From Eledone cirrhosa (lineage: Eukaryota), in assembly GCA_964016885.1 (NCBI GenBank), contig OZ024740.1, forward strand, positions 243,908,001-243,972,000: DNA of 64,000 bases, read 5' to 3'. The notes under the pieces were generated by a model. The model was not told the origin of the DNA and searched no databases. It saw nothing but the letters and a program-made list of their open reading frames with translations. Made by a program: the position numbers and the translations under genes. This document shows, piece after piece, positions 1 to 43,649 of the stretch. Each line of letters opens with the position of its first letter. Within the stretch, counting starts at the first letter, position 1.

Positions 1-151
1 CATTCAAATATTGAGGTACTATCGCTTCAGGAGGTTCTACGAGATACTTAGTGAGTGCATATTAAGCATATTGGTGATTTACACGAAATAAAAAGCAGAT
101 TCAAACCATTCAGTTACATCTATCTATCTAAGTGCCTAAATTAGACACCAT

Positions 152-339
152 TGTGGATTGGCAGTATCGGTAGAGGGTCGGACGCCATGCTTTGACGCAT
201 AGAGTTACGGTCCTTGCCATTCTGAGTTCAAATCCCGCCGAGGTTAACTTTGCCTTTCATCCTTACGGGGTCGATAAAATAAAGTACCAGTAATGTACTG
301 AGTAATTGCTGGCCTTGTGCCAATAGTAGAAACAATTAT
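152..339 (+). mobile_element. tRNA-derived SINE (family S1), near full length
   Basis: A-box-like tggcagtatcggta and B-box gagttcaaatccc. Central gcctttcatccttacggggtcgataaaataaagtacc resembles the MetaSINE core as I recall it. Tail ccttgtg...agaaacaattatt. More than 12 copies in the window. Confidence 0.85.
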
Positions 340-1112
340 TTATTCCAGTTCTTTGCATTTTGTGTTCAAAATCCACTATGATCAACTTCCCACGGTGACT
401 TACCAGCGACCATGGAAGGACCTTTTAATTATCAACGAGTGACATAAGAATGAGCCATAATATTAAATCGGCTGAGAAGAGGCAATACCGGCTGATCATA
501 GCCATGATAGCGCTGACTTAAGATTAAAGGTATTCCAGTAATGACCATCTTACTTTTATAGGGGTGTAGAGAATGTACCCTATGTTCTGTCCCTTTTAGG
601 TGGTATTTCTAGCAGATCAAAGGTCCAGTTAGCTAGAAGCAATCTCATTAGCTGGGCCAAGTAGCTAGTGGTTCTGTCATTGACTGGTCATGGTAGATAG
701 ATGTTCTCTCGTTGTACATTGAGACTATCTTATTGGCTGGCCCAAGTAAATAGAGGTTATTTCTTTGGTTGGTCAAGGTAGAGAGGGAAATGGTCATGGG
801 GACTGCATTATCTTGACTAATCCATTTAAAAAGACATACTAGACATGACCATCTTATATCTTTCAACTGGACTACATTACCTAGAGCAGGTTATTTTTAG
901 AATGGTGGGGCATGATATAGGGATGATTTAGTTGCTATTCCTAGCAGGTGAAGTGACCATATAGATGGTACTTTGTTGGGTCCTCACTGGTAGGGGGAAT
1001 ATCAGTGTGATAGAGGAGAGAAACTGGGATAGGAAACTAACAATGTTTGAGGGAAAGAGATAAAGAGAGAGAGACTGAGAGATGAGACTAACAATATGAG
1101 TGTGTGAGGAGA

Positions 1113-1147
<35 letters not shown>

Positions 1148-1789
1148 GAGGGAGAAAGCGCAATAGTGTGTTAGGGGTAACTAGAGAAAGAGGGAGAGGG
1201 AAAAGTAACTGGATAAAAGAAAGCTAAAGAGATTGAGAGACGGGAAATAGAAAAAAAGGTGACATAAAGCTAAAAAGAGCGAGTGAAAGGGGAAGAGAGA
1301 GAGAGAGAGAGTGTGTGCGTGTGTGTATGAAGTGCTGTACGGTAATTAGATACCATCTAGCCATTACGGAGAATTAGCAGAGGCTAGGAGGAGATGGACT
1401 CTTGGAGTAGACAGTCATTTTTTAAAACGTTAACCTTTGTTAACAACTGTTGCCATTTCAGTAAAAGTATCTCCTCCATTTACATTTGGTAATTGCTTCC
1501 AATTACTCCATTTTTAATCATTGTTGCCAGCAGCAGTGGTGTTGTGTTACAGCTCACATGGCCATTGATCTACAAGGACAGATTCCGATACTTTTAACTA
1601 AGGGAGGAAATGAATAAAAGACGAGCGTTGTGTATATATTGTGGCCTGCCAATCACCATAAAATGATTGGAGCCCCACCGTATATGCATATGTATGGAAC
1701 TGTAATTACTGGTGGAATCGTGTAGGGTGTCATTGCACTTTAAACTTGGCAGAGTGCGTCTCTCTGCAGTTCTGAATACAGCCAATTTC

Positions 1790-1912
1790 TTCCAGAAATT
1801 GACCTCGAAATGATGAAAGGTAAAGTCGATTTCGGCGGGATTTGAACTCAGTGAGCCAGAACGAATATTGCAAATCATTCCATCCGACATTCTATCGACT
1901 CTGCCAATCCAT
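1790..1912 (-). mobile_element. older degenerate tRNA-SINE head
   Basis: reverse complement of gatgaaaggtaaagtcgatttcggcgggatttgaactcag...ctgccaatcc matches the S1 head and core. Confidence 0.6.
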
Positions 1913-2174
1913 CGCTATATACCCATATATACATGTTTAGTTAACTATGGGTAATATTCGAACGATCTATGGCATCCAAACTATAGAAAGCAGACAATAC
2001 CTGGTGATGATGTTGACAATGATGTGGTGATGATTACATTTTCTTGTTACTGTTTAATTAGAGGAAGGGCAGAGCTCATGACTCTCCAGATTTTCTGAAC
2101 CACTGAGAGTGGAAGAAGGGATGAAGTTATCCTCACAATGAAAACTTATACTGAATCCTTGCACAGATTGAACT

Positions 2175-3237
2175 TCGGTAAATGTATCTCTTAAACAAAA
2201 CCTCAATTAACAAAAAATACATCAACCTACTCAAAGAAACTAACACCAACTCAACAGCATATATCAAAACAGATTTGGGAACTACACGCTGTATAGACAT
2301 CTTGAAGGGAGTTAAGCAAGGGGATGTACTATCAGCACTTCTTTTCTGTATAGTTATAGCTGCACTTGTCTACCAAACTGAAGAAGAATGCTCCTCTGGC
2401 TATCAAATAGGAGATAAAATCCTATCAAATATTAGCTATGCAGACGATCTGGCCATCATGAGTTACTCTAGAACTGATCTGCAAGACTTTCTGAATGTAC
2501 TGACCAAACATTCGCTGGAGGCTGGCTTACACATCAACATCTCCAAAACAAAGAGTATGGCAACTGATAAAAACAATGCCAATCTCCAACTCACAATCTA
2601 CAACCAGCAAATAGCTCAAGTTACGGAGTTTATATATCTCAGTCACAAACTATCATCAAACAACAATGAAATGGTTGCTGCGCAGTATCGCAGTATCGCA
2701 TCGCTCTAGGTTGGGCAGCTGTCAACAAGAATAAGTAAGTACTAACATCAAAACGAGTTTCCTATCGTTTGAAGGCTAAGATATTTGGTACTTACATCCT
2801 ACCACTTGTGTTATATGGTCTTGCCAGTGTTAATTGGACGACAAGGTTACTTCAGAAGCTCTATACATTCCAGAACCGCATCATGAGATTTATGACTGGC
2901 AAGCAGCTCAGCGACCGTATCTGTATCAGTGAGCTGCTCAACATTACCAAACTTAGACCAATTACATCAATTGTCAAGTCAAGAGTACTCAAACAATACG
3001 GTCATATAAAACACGTGCTGTGAGTAGGTTATGTCTGGAAGGAAGGTTGGCTGGTAAGAGAAGCAGAGGCCCGGCAGTCAAAAACGATGGCTTGATAATG
3101 TCAACTTATGGACTGGACTTGATCTTTGTTCTTTGAACTTTGCTGCTGGTGATCGAACTTTGTGGAGAGAGATATCACATGTTGATGTGCAGTCGGCAAC
3201 TGGAGGAGTTTAGCGTCACAAGACAAGAAGAAGAAAG
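2175..3237 (+). mobile_element. 5'-truncated non-LTR retrotransposon (RTE-like) RT remnant
   Basis: GVKQGDVLS and YADD RT motifs in ORF 2182..2709, broken continuation at 2769..3023, short (AAG)n tail. Confidence 0.8.
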
Positions 3238-3413
3238 GTAGCCAAAGACCACGTGGTGGCGTTAAATCCAGCAACGAATTACGTCTATGTATCACGCAAG
3301 AACTCAGAATTTTAAGAAACTGGAGCAAATACCTCAGAGTTTGCTTAATCTTCTCTAAATAGCAGCCAAATCTTCCTCAATTCCTATCCTACATTCGAAA
3401 ATAGACAGATAAT

Positions 3414-3509
3414 TGTTTTCTACTTTAGGCACAAGACCAGCAATTAAACCAGTGCATTACTGGTACTTTATTTTATCGACCCCGTAAGGATGAAAGGCAA
3501 AAGTCAATC
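3414..3509 (-). mobile_element. 5'-truncated S1 SINE with 39-bp target-site duplication
   Basis: 3375-3413 is identical to 3510-3548 (cctcaattcc...cagataat). Confidence 0.85.
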
Positions 3510-4319
3510 CCTCAATTCCTATCCTACATTCGAAAATAGACAGATAATGTGGTTCTGTATGGGTTGCACTATATCTGTGTGTGTGTGTGTGTCTGTGCGC
3601 GTGCGTGTGCGCGTGTGGTGTGTGTGCGGTAGGGGGTTTCACCGTTCGAATACCTTTTGATACTAAGTCAGCTGGATCAGGAATGATTTGCGGTTAAACA
3701 AACAACAACAACGGAAAGGCGGAAAGGGAGAAGAGGGATAGTGAATTGTTCTTTGGGGTTAACCTTACTTTTCCTCTTTCCGGGGTCGACAAACTAGAAT
3801 ACCAGTCGAGAGTCGTGGATTGGCGGAACTATTAGATCGTCGATTGAAATACTATCGATTCCAGAGTCAGATCCAATCGATACCGATCGTACCTTGAGCT
3901 GATCGATCGTGATAGGCGTGTCCCATGTGAATAAACACAATGTTACTATAGAAATATATCAAGAAAACCGATGAACTTTCGTTTACATGTATTTAGTTGT
4001 ATTTTTTTTATTGTGTATCGACCTGTTACGCGCGTTTCGCAAAGGATTGGCTCAAGGTCACCCATAGAAGCTATGGACCCGACACTATTATCGATCTACT
4101 CTTTAGACAGATGGTTCAACAAAAAATAGTTTTTGTTGTGATCTGTGAGATGTTGGGTATATATAAACATCGGCCCTATTTCTCTTCGTATGTAAGTGTT
4201 TGAGTGCATAGGCAGGGCTATTTGTGTGTGTATGTAAGAAAGTGTCCTCCAATGTAGCCACGTGTTTATCAATGACTTATGGGTGAAATTTGGTAGACAA
4301 AATCTCTGTGGACACTTCT

Positions 4320-4377
<58 letters not shown>

Positions 4378-4379
4378 AG

Positions 4380-7300
4380 GTGTATATTTTTTAGACCCAG
4401 TACACAGACACAGGTAAACGAGATGATACAAGACATACAGGAGAGACCAAAAGTAACAAAAGTCATAAATTTAACCACTAAAGAACTAACAACAGACCAA
4501 ATCAACATACTCTCCAAAGGGCTGAAATTTACCCCCACCCCAACGCCCAAACTACTCCGAAATGAAGAAAGACATTACGGAATTCTGTAGAAAACTAAGA
4601 CTTAGCGAAGAACTACACGACAAGTACAACGAGGACGACTCACTAGCTAGAAACAGAAGCAATTACACCCCATCGAAAGGTAAGAACAAATTTCTTGACC
4701 AATTCTGCGAACACATTATAAATTACCCATATCAACACCTACACAGACATAAACACAAGCCAAACCTCAACAAGAAAGAATGGGATGAGCTGAACAGATT
4801 AAAGAATGATAAAACTGTAACAATCAAAGAGGCGGATAAAGGGAGTGCGGTAGTCCTTATGGAGACAAAATATTATATAACTCTAGTACTCTCATCTTTA
4901 GAAGACGAAACATACTACGAAAAGGCTCAACACTACAGCCAACAGAAAATAATGAGAAACCTAAAAACTCTAACAACCCTTTACAGAGAAGGACTTACCG
5001 AAAAGGAATACAACTATATCACTGACTTCAAAACCAAACTCAACCTTTTCTACGGTATCCCTAAGATGCATAAAAGCGAAAACATAAGTAAGGCATGCAA
5101 GGAAGCTACAGACATCTTCATCAATGTCCCCTCACCCAACGACCTCAAATTAAGACCTATAATAGCAGGTCCCGCTTGTGAAGCCCACCGACTCAGCAAC
5201 TTCCTAGATATTTTGTTGAAACCATTCCTGAAACACATTAAAAGCTACATAAGGGACGACCTTGATATGCTCAACCACCTCCCCAAAACACTTAATAATG
5301 AACATACCCTACTACTGTATTTTGATGTAGTCAACCTTTATTCCAATATCCCACAAAACCTAGGAATAGAGGCAATCCAATTCTGGTTAGAAAATGACCC
5401 CAATGAACTACCACATCTCATAATAAAAGAATTCATAATAGAAGGGCTCAAATTTACCTTGGAGAATAACTACTTCGAATTCGATGCCAAATTCTACAGA
5501 CAGAAATCCGGGACTGCCATGGGTACGAAAACGCCCCCCACTTACGCCAACATCGTTATGGGATACTTGGAAATCACCCTCTACCGAAAAGTACTAGATA
5601 AATACGGAAACCCCTTCTACCTCCACATAGAAAAACACTGGAAGAGATATTTGGATTATTGCTTCATCCTCTGGCATGAAAGCATAGAAAGTCTTTTTGA
5701 ATTTAAAACACTTCTAAATGAACTCAACACAAACATTCAATTTACAATGGAATACAGCCACCAACAACTTCCTTTCCCTGACATCCTTATCAAGAAAACC
5801 AAAAACAAAATAGAAACAGACATATACTATAAACCCACAGACTCCAAACAGTATCTTCCATTCAACTAATGCCACCCTAGACACACCAAAATGAGCATTC
5901 CCTACAACCTAGCCAAAAGGATCTGCACAATAGTATCTGATAAATACACATGCTACATACGACTAGAAGAATTAAAGAACACACTTATTAGCAGGAATTG
6001 CCCACCATCCCTAATCAACGATGGATTCCAACGTGCCCTAAAACTGAACATCCAGGAACTTAGACACCCCAAATCAATGAATGAATCAAAACTGAAAACT
6101 CAACCGTACATCTCCACACATATCCCCCTTAACAATGAGGTATTCGACACCATCATCCAGAACATACCTTTACTAAAAAGAGACCTAAGAATGAACCAAA
6201 TCCTCCAAACGCACAATATCATATAGAGCAAAAGACAACCTAAATCAATAAAAAACATCCTTACACAGGCCAATGTTCAGCCGACCCCCATAATGAACCC
6301 TACAGTAAAAGAGTGCGGAAGGCCCAACTGTGGTATATGTTTCAATCTAATAGAGGGATCGGAGTGCCACTTCAAACAAGGACAGCACTTCACAGTTAAG
6401 TGCAATTTCACATGTGCATCAGAAAATCTGATCTATGTGTTGACCTGCTCAGGTTGTCGAGAGCACTACATAGGACAGACCAAAACAGCCTCCGACAACG
6501 CATAACCGTCCATAGATCCCAAATTAAAATACGGGAATACAGAAAGATAGCACTAAGTGAACGCATCGCGACCTGCGCATCCAATGAACAACCCAATTTT
6601 AGAATTTTTCCCATCTACAAATTCAAAGACAATGCTTCCTACATCCAGAGCATTAGCAAGGAATCACAATTTATCGCCAAATACGAATCCCTTCTAAATG
6701 CTTCCACTTCTGACTAAACCAAAGCTGACACACTTTAAAATTAACACCCTAGACAAGATTCCAGCAACCTCTGACAACTATATAATACAGACCAAGCAAC
6801 CACATAATAACACCCACATCAGCAAGTCCTGGAGGACCCCAATGAAGATAATCGGACAAATGGAAACATTCAGGTGCCAAACTAAATGCTTTACATTCCC
6901 CTGAATCTGGAAGCTTCTGCTGAACATAGAATGGGGATCCCAGTGGCTCTGAACCCCTCTTTATAGAATAATGTTCTCCATCCCTCTAAATCTAAAATTA
7001 CTGCTAGAGATGGAATTAATATTTCAATAACTCTAAAACTTCTTTGTGGCAAAAAAAACAAGGTCAATGTTGATGATTTCTTCTAAGAAAATACCGAGAC
7101 AGATACTTTTAGAAGCACCCCCCCCCCCGGTCAACTCTAAGGTCACTCAGCCTTTCAAACCAATCCAGCCAAACCTTGTATCCACTATTCAAAGGGTCCC
7201 ACATAGCAGTCTGCAACCACAATCAACCTTCCCCTACCCCCTCCTTCTCCTTCTCCTCTCCCCTACTGCTTCTTCCCTCTCCAGTCACAACAAACCCATT

Positions 7301-7515
7301 AGCAGAGTAGGATGGACTGACAAAATGACTTTCTTCTCTGAAGGACCACGTATGTGAAAATTAACTTTTCTTCCCCTCTTTATATTTTCTTTTTTTCTTT
7401 TTTTGGTATTATCATTATTTTCACTATTTGTACAAATATGCAGCTTAACAATATTCTGCATATCCGCAATTGACAATGTATTTAATGCTGAAACCGGTAT
7501 CGTAAATAAATTAAT
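4380..7515 (+). mobile_element. Penelope-like element (probably Naiad clade), RT plus C-terminal GIY-YIG, disrupted
   Basis: ADKG, LRPIIA, GTAMG and YYKPTD...CHP motifs; IYVLTCSGCREHYIGQT. YLDD is mutated to YLDY, with stops at 5867 and 6224 and a frameshift near 6490. Starts at a (TA)n tract. Confidence 0.88.
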
Positions 7516-7809
7516 TGTTTCTACTTTAGGCACAAGGCCAGCAATCACCCAGTGCATTACTGGTAATGCTTTCAAATTTCACTAAAAATATCTCTTCAAC
7601 ATTTTCTACAGAAAAAAAAACCTTTTTCCTTTCTACTATTTGTTTTTTATATATCAACTAGTGTGTTACCTTTATACATTCGATACATATATATACATAC
7701 TTACACACACACATATATATATATATATCGACTTTCGTCAAATCGGACCGAGGGAACAATGTTTCCGTTGGTCTTTCCAATTGCTAATACTATCTATCGG
7801 TCGCAACTC

Positions 7810-7940
7810 CAGGTAGAAGGAGCAACGTGAAATAAAGTGTCTTGCTCAAGGACATAACGCATCGCCTGGTCCAGGAATCGAACTCACAACCTTACGATTG
7901 CGAATCCAATTCTCTAACCACTCAGCCACACGCCTTCACA
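7810..7940 (-). mobile_element. second tRNA-derived SINE family (CORE/V-like central motif)
   Basis: reverse complement: ggcgtgtggctgagtggttaga (A box) ... gagttcgattcc (B box) ... tccttgagcaagacactt. Confidence 0.75.
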
Positions 7941-8003
7941 TATAAATATATAAATTACACAATAATCAAGTATAGTTGTTTATAGTGTATATATAACTAT
8001 AAA

Positions 8004-8174
<171 letters not shown>

Positions 8175-8416
8175 GTGAGGTTTCTTTTTTTTTTTTACAA
8201 AAGGAAAAATAACCGAGGTGTCCTACACGAGTGAAAGTATAAAGAAAAAAAGATGAAATCGAAAATGCAGCTGGAGCCTTATTTAAAAAATAAAATTAGG
8301 CAGGTCATCCATCGTAGATGTGGTATCCAGTGGTTGGTGCAGGAACGGAGCAAAGTATTTATTAAACAACAGAAGGCCGGATTGGGAAATTTGCTTTAAG
8401 ATTTTAATTCCGTAAA

Positions 8417-8491
8417 ATCACTATACATATTTCGATTGCCCAGCTCCACCTTCCAAATATGATGCATGACAGGACGATCTCATCAGACAAC
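8417..8491 (-). ncRNA. minimal type I hammerhead ribozyme motif (weak helix I)
   Basis: gttgt CTGATGA gatcgtcc...gggcaatc GAAA tatgta TA gtgat. Confidence 0.55.
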
Positions 8492-9079
8492 TCCCACAGA
8501 ATTACATAACAGGGTTACGTTGAACCCAAACATATAATGGAAGATAGGGAAAAGAGAATAGGAAATTGAAAGTTGAAAATTTGATTCGCAGACTGCCTGT
8601 AAAAAGAAAGGTTGTATTGGTAGGAGGCAGTCCCCGAATGTTACTATGTCAGGTATGAGTGGTGGCGGGAGTATACTAAAAAATGAATGGAGGGGAACAT
8701 TTTTTATTAGCTAATCAATTATCAAGCACTCTATGTTACGGCCAAAGTTAGTCCGAACGGCGTGTCACTCCAGGGGCCACGGGCCACAGGCTGAGGGATT
8801 AATACGCCCCTTCGACCTTCATATATATCAACGAAGATATTAAGAAGGTAGGCACATAGGTATTAAACTACATATTCTATGTTACCTCCTTGGCGTTATA
8901 TCTTATGAGAGGAGTGACGCAAGGTCAAACTTAGCTAGAAAAACATAGTGACGAACAATCTGTTTAGTTGAAGTTATTTCTGAGGTAGACTTAAATTAAA
9001 TTTAACTAAGTCAAATTAAAATGAAAAATAAAATAAAATAAAAATTAAATTAAACCGCGGTTATTATTGAGTCTAAGGG

Positions 9080-9163
<84 letters not shown>

Positions 9164-9957
9164 AGCTGACGGAACTAGCAAGGATTTCACTGCTAAGACC
9201 GGTTGCCTCTCAGCGTACTCAGTAGGTAATGTTAATGAAACTCCCATTGTTATTCGCTTCAATACAACACACGTGAATGGTACCTTCAATTATTTCCGTA
9301 CTCGAGTTTCGGCCATACTTAATGCAGCAATAGAGTGCACAGCACTCACTGTCCACATTTATTATGCAACAATGCACAATCGGCGGGTTTCGCTTTATCA
9401 ATAACCAATCGATTGACAGAATTCGATTCCAGTCTGTGTGGGCTATGCCTGTATGTGACGGCCAACACAGTAGAACGTTAGCAACTGAAATCTCTACGCG
9501 TCATCACAATGCCGTCCACCGATTGGCCACCGATTCAGAAATTTACGTGATGAGAGGAGACGAAATTCAAATAGTTCCGTTCCCGCCATAAACATCCAGC
9601 CAACGTATCTCAAACACAAATTAACAAGTTAGTGAAAACATTGGTTATTAGAAAAATTCAACCTCCAATCGCTGTACTATAGAATGGTAGCATTCGGCTC
9701 TAGTTTCCAAGTCCCATAGCGAGAAATAGTGCGACAGTAACAACGGTAGAACCTAAAACCTTTCCGGACATTAAACTCCAACCGGTGATTAGACAACGAT
9801 ATAGAGTTATCGCGCTGGTTAGAGTTCGAATTCTAGATATTCCGACCAACCATGGGCGTAGACCGGTTAATTTCACAACTTTTACAATTCAATAGGTGAG
9901 TGGATGACCCATAGACTCAATGATAACCGCGGTTTAATTTATATATATATATATATA

Positions 9958-10425
9958 CTAGCCGAATGACCTGGCGTTACCCGGGTTACTGCTGTTCTTA
10001 TTCAGATTAGTAAACAATAAATATGAAGATATATATTTTTTTCTCATAATTATTTCAAAATATCTATATTTTATAAAACAATATATCAAAATTGTAATGA
10101 TAATAGAATTTAGAAATGAAAATCTGTCAATCTTGAAACATCTCAAGGTAAACAATATTCATTGTGTAACTTTTTTGTTGATATCCAAATGAATAAATTG
10201 TTGCTGCTTCCAGCTCGTGAGCAACCAACATAGAGTTGCTTTGGGATAAACATGTAGTAGAGCGAACAAGTCCAACTACCTTGAGGGATTGACCCGGAGA
10301 TTTGTTAATTGCAATAACAAAACTTAGTTTGACTGGAAACTGAAGCCTCTTAAATTCAAATGGAACAGTTGTAGGTATGAGAGGAATTTTTAGAATAAAG
10401 ACATTTCTTTTTCTAAATTGTAAAC
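9958..10425 (-). mobile_element. Helitron 3' fragment with RepHel PIF1-like helicase C-terminus
   Basis: IPLIPTTVPFEFKRLQFPVKLSFVIAINKSPGQSLKVVGL; terminal hairpin cccgggtaacgccagg followed by CTAG|T. Confidence 0.85.
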
Positions 10426-10790
10426 AAATAAGTATCAACATCCAAAAGAAATATATGTTAATTATTATTTTTGTATGCAGTGCATGCATTCATACAAACA
10501 CACACAGAGCTTCACCCACGAACAGACACACATACACTCACACAAATTCATAAAAAACACACATCGACATACATTCATACACAAACAGAGTTCCCCCCCC
10601 CCCCCCAGGCGTCGTTATATCAGTCGTCACATAAATGTATATATACTCACACACATATACTTGTCAGTCATCACATGTGTATATGTGTGTGTGTTTAATT
10701 CTCTGTGTATCTGATTAAATATTTACGTGAAGATGTATGTGTATGTAACTTACTAAGGCCTAACGTACGTAACGTACGCGTAAACACACG

Positions 10791-10884
<94 letters not shown>

Positions 10885-12231
10885 TACACATTCATATACA
10901 GAATGTGACGTTGTTGTCGTCGTCGTAAAATGTCCGTTTATTATAGTTGACTATAGTAGAATATTTTAGATAAAATGTTATATAGTTTTAATCCAAATGA
11001 AAATAGAAATTACATGTTGTTAATCCTGGGGTTTAATACTATTACCTTGTAAAATTTGACTTGATTTGGTGAAGCCATTTGAGAATGCATAAGGAAAATA
11101 CAGACAGAGAAACAAAGAATTTGATATATAGAGAGATAGATATAGAGATAGATATATAGATAGCGAGAGACCGGGGAGACTACTAATCATGGGAGTACTC
11201 AATGTATGGGGAGATGCAGAGTCCGAAACCGTTTGGCAACCCGGTCGGAATTTTACCTCTCTTTCTCTCTCTCCCCCTCTCTCTTCCCTCTCTCCCCCTA
11301 TCTCCTAATATATATATGTGTGTGTGTTTGTGTGTATGTGTGTGTGTTTGTGTGTATGTGTGTATGTGTGTGTGCGTGTATGTCTGTGTTCATGTTTACT
11401 ATTTGTTTATATCCCGTAACTTAGTGGTTTGACAAAAAGAGACCGATAAAATATGTACCCGACTTGAATACTGGAATTTATATTATCGAGTAAATCCCTC
11501 CAAGGCAGTGCCACAAGATGGCTGCAGTCTAATGACTGAAACGTTTAATAGAATAAAAGATGAAGGAATCCTTCTTCTATAGAATTTACTGACCTTTTGT
11601 TTTGATGCTTAAATAGGTTTTTGTGTGGTTTCTACCAAGTGCAACGCTCGTCGTTGTAAACGACGGAGGCCCATCGTATAAATTCATTTGAGCATATGAA
11701 GGCCTGGGGCGTTATTAAATAATAAAAACATAAAAATAACAACCCTTGCATCATTTGAACCCAGACATTTACATTCCCCCAGCCCCAGGTACAACATAAT
11801 GCTGGTGGAGAGTCTTAACATCGATAAACACAAGCTTGATGAGACTGTGAACTTTTCTACACAGATATTTGCTACCATTCATTAAATTTAAATATTTTTT
11901 CTTTTGTATTTCCATTTCATGCTCTACGGAACATCGATTCGTCTTTGGCCGGTTCCAGTAACATATCAGTTTTTCTATGAGAAAAGAATGAGGTTACCAT
12001 ATGCACTCTCGCCCTTCAATGTAGGAAATCTCACTCCACAAGAAATAATAGTCAATGTTCACTTAAATCGTATCCTACCATCTTAGAAACTATATTTAAC
12101 ACTAAATTATATGATGATGCACTAGATACATGACACCCGAAAAATCAAAAGTAAAAAATGGGTGGGTGTCTTTGAAATTCAGAAATGTTTAAGAAATTAT
12201 AATTTGAAATTTTTCATGTTTTAACTCCAGG

Positions 12232-42551
<30,320 letters not shown>

Positions 42552-43497
42552 CGAAATTTCTCCTTCTCTCACTAAAACATTGCTGCTGATATTTAAGATT
42601 TATTTATCGTCCTTCATTCCTTTACATTTTTGAATATCTTTTACATTTTCAACAAACCTTTCTGTTATTTAAATATTTTGAAAGTTTATACATTTATAAG
42701 TCGTATTTGCTCTCATTTTTATATCATGTTGTGTCGTGCTGTTTTGCACTATTGCTATAGCTAATTGATACAAGAGATATTTCTGGAAACATTCCTCACA
42801 TAGACCAAGGTCATTTCCCAGATAGCAGTAAACTCCTGTCTGTTTTCTGTTAACTAAACCTTTCGTTAGGTTTAGTTTAAGGTTTCTCAATTTCAGGTGT
42901 TGCTATAACATTTGGAATTCCTCCTCAAAATCTTCATCAGATTTAGCTATGTGATCTAAACAATTAGCTTACACGAGTTCCCGTAGGCAGCCAGATTTAA
43001 ACTTCTCTATTATAGCCACGGCAAACCATAATTAACAGAAGCAGAGAGAGAACCAAACACGATCAATATCAATATGCACTCTATATTCTCACTGAACTAA
43101 TAGTTAAGCCCCAATCATTTTTCATATCTAAGTTCATTGATTATGAGAATGCTACTCCAGGTATTGAGTAAGACATCTCTCTCTACTACTTAACAACGCA
43201 ATTGACTAACTCATATCCTACTTCGGCGGATATTTTCAACTTCGCTTATCCCAAATCGAATGTTCGACCGGATAGCTTTTAACCACAATAATTAATCGCT
43301 CTGTTGGGACAAGTTCTCTTTTCCTACGCATTCTCGACATTTAACAATATCTCGTTGTAATATTTTCTCTAGGTGATGATGTCCAATGTATTCGTACAAT
43401 TCCATACACACTTTTCGGTAACGATGACATGATTCACAATATATATATATATACCATGATATTAAATAAATGGAAACTATATTTATAAAACCATATT

Positions 43498-43562
43498 TAT
43501 TTTATTATATATATTTCAAGGGCAACCAAGACAACAATGATGCGCTTTCATCAGATAAAATA
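43498..43562 (-). ncRNA. minimal type I hammerhead ribozyme
   Basis: tattttat CTGATGA aagcgca...tgccctt GAAA t-atat-a TA ataaaata. Confidence 0.8.
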
Positions 43563-43649
43563 CAAAGTTTGTTTTATAAATAGAGACGTACCCATGAAAA
43601 TTCTACCTTATCGGTTGGAAATTCACTGGATAGTGAATTACCCATAGTA

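Noticed and set aside
4015-4062. Degenerate hammerhead-like motifs at 4015 (-), 7466 (+), 28671 (+) and 46438 (+)
   Set aside because: Core or helix I is incomplete; possibly decayed ribozymes but not supportable individually.
5860-6717. Selenocysteine recoding as reported for some Naiad PLEs
   Set aside because: Interrupting stops are TAA/TAG, not TGA, and the conserved cysteines are ordinary TGY codons.
7810-7940. tRNA gene candidates at A/B-box motifs (also 152-245, 36100-36202)
   Set aside because: No cloverleaf; they are fused to SINE bodies and multi-copy.
42669-43015. Protein-like minus-strand frame downstream of the Rab stop
   Set aside because: Several in-frame stops and no recognisable motif; probably 3' UTR or decayed sequence.
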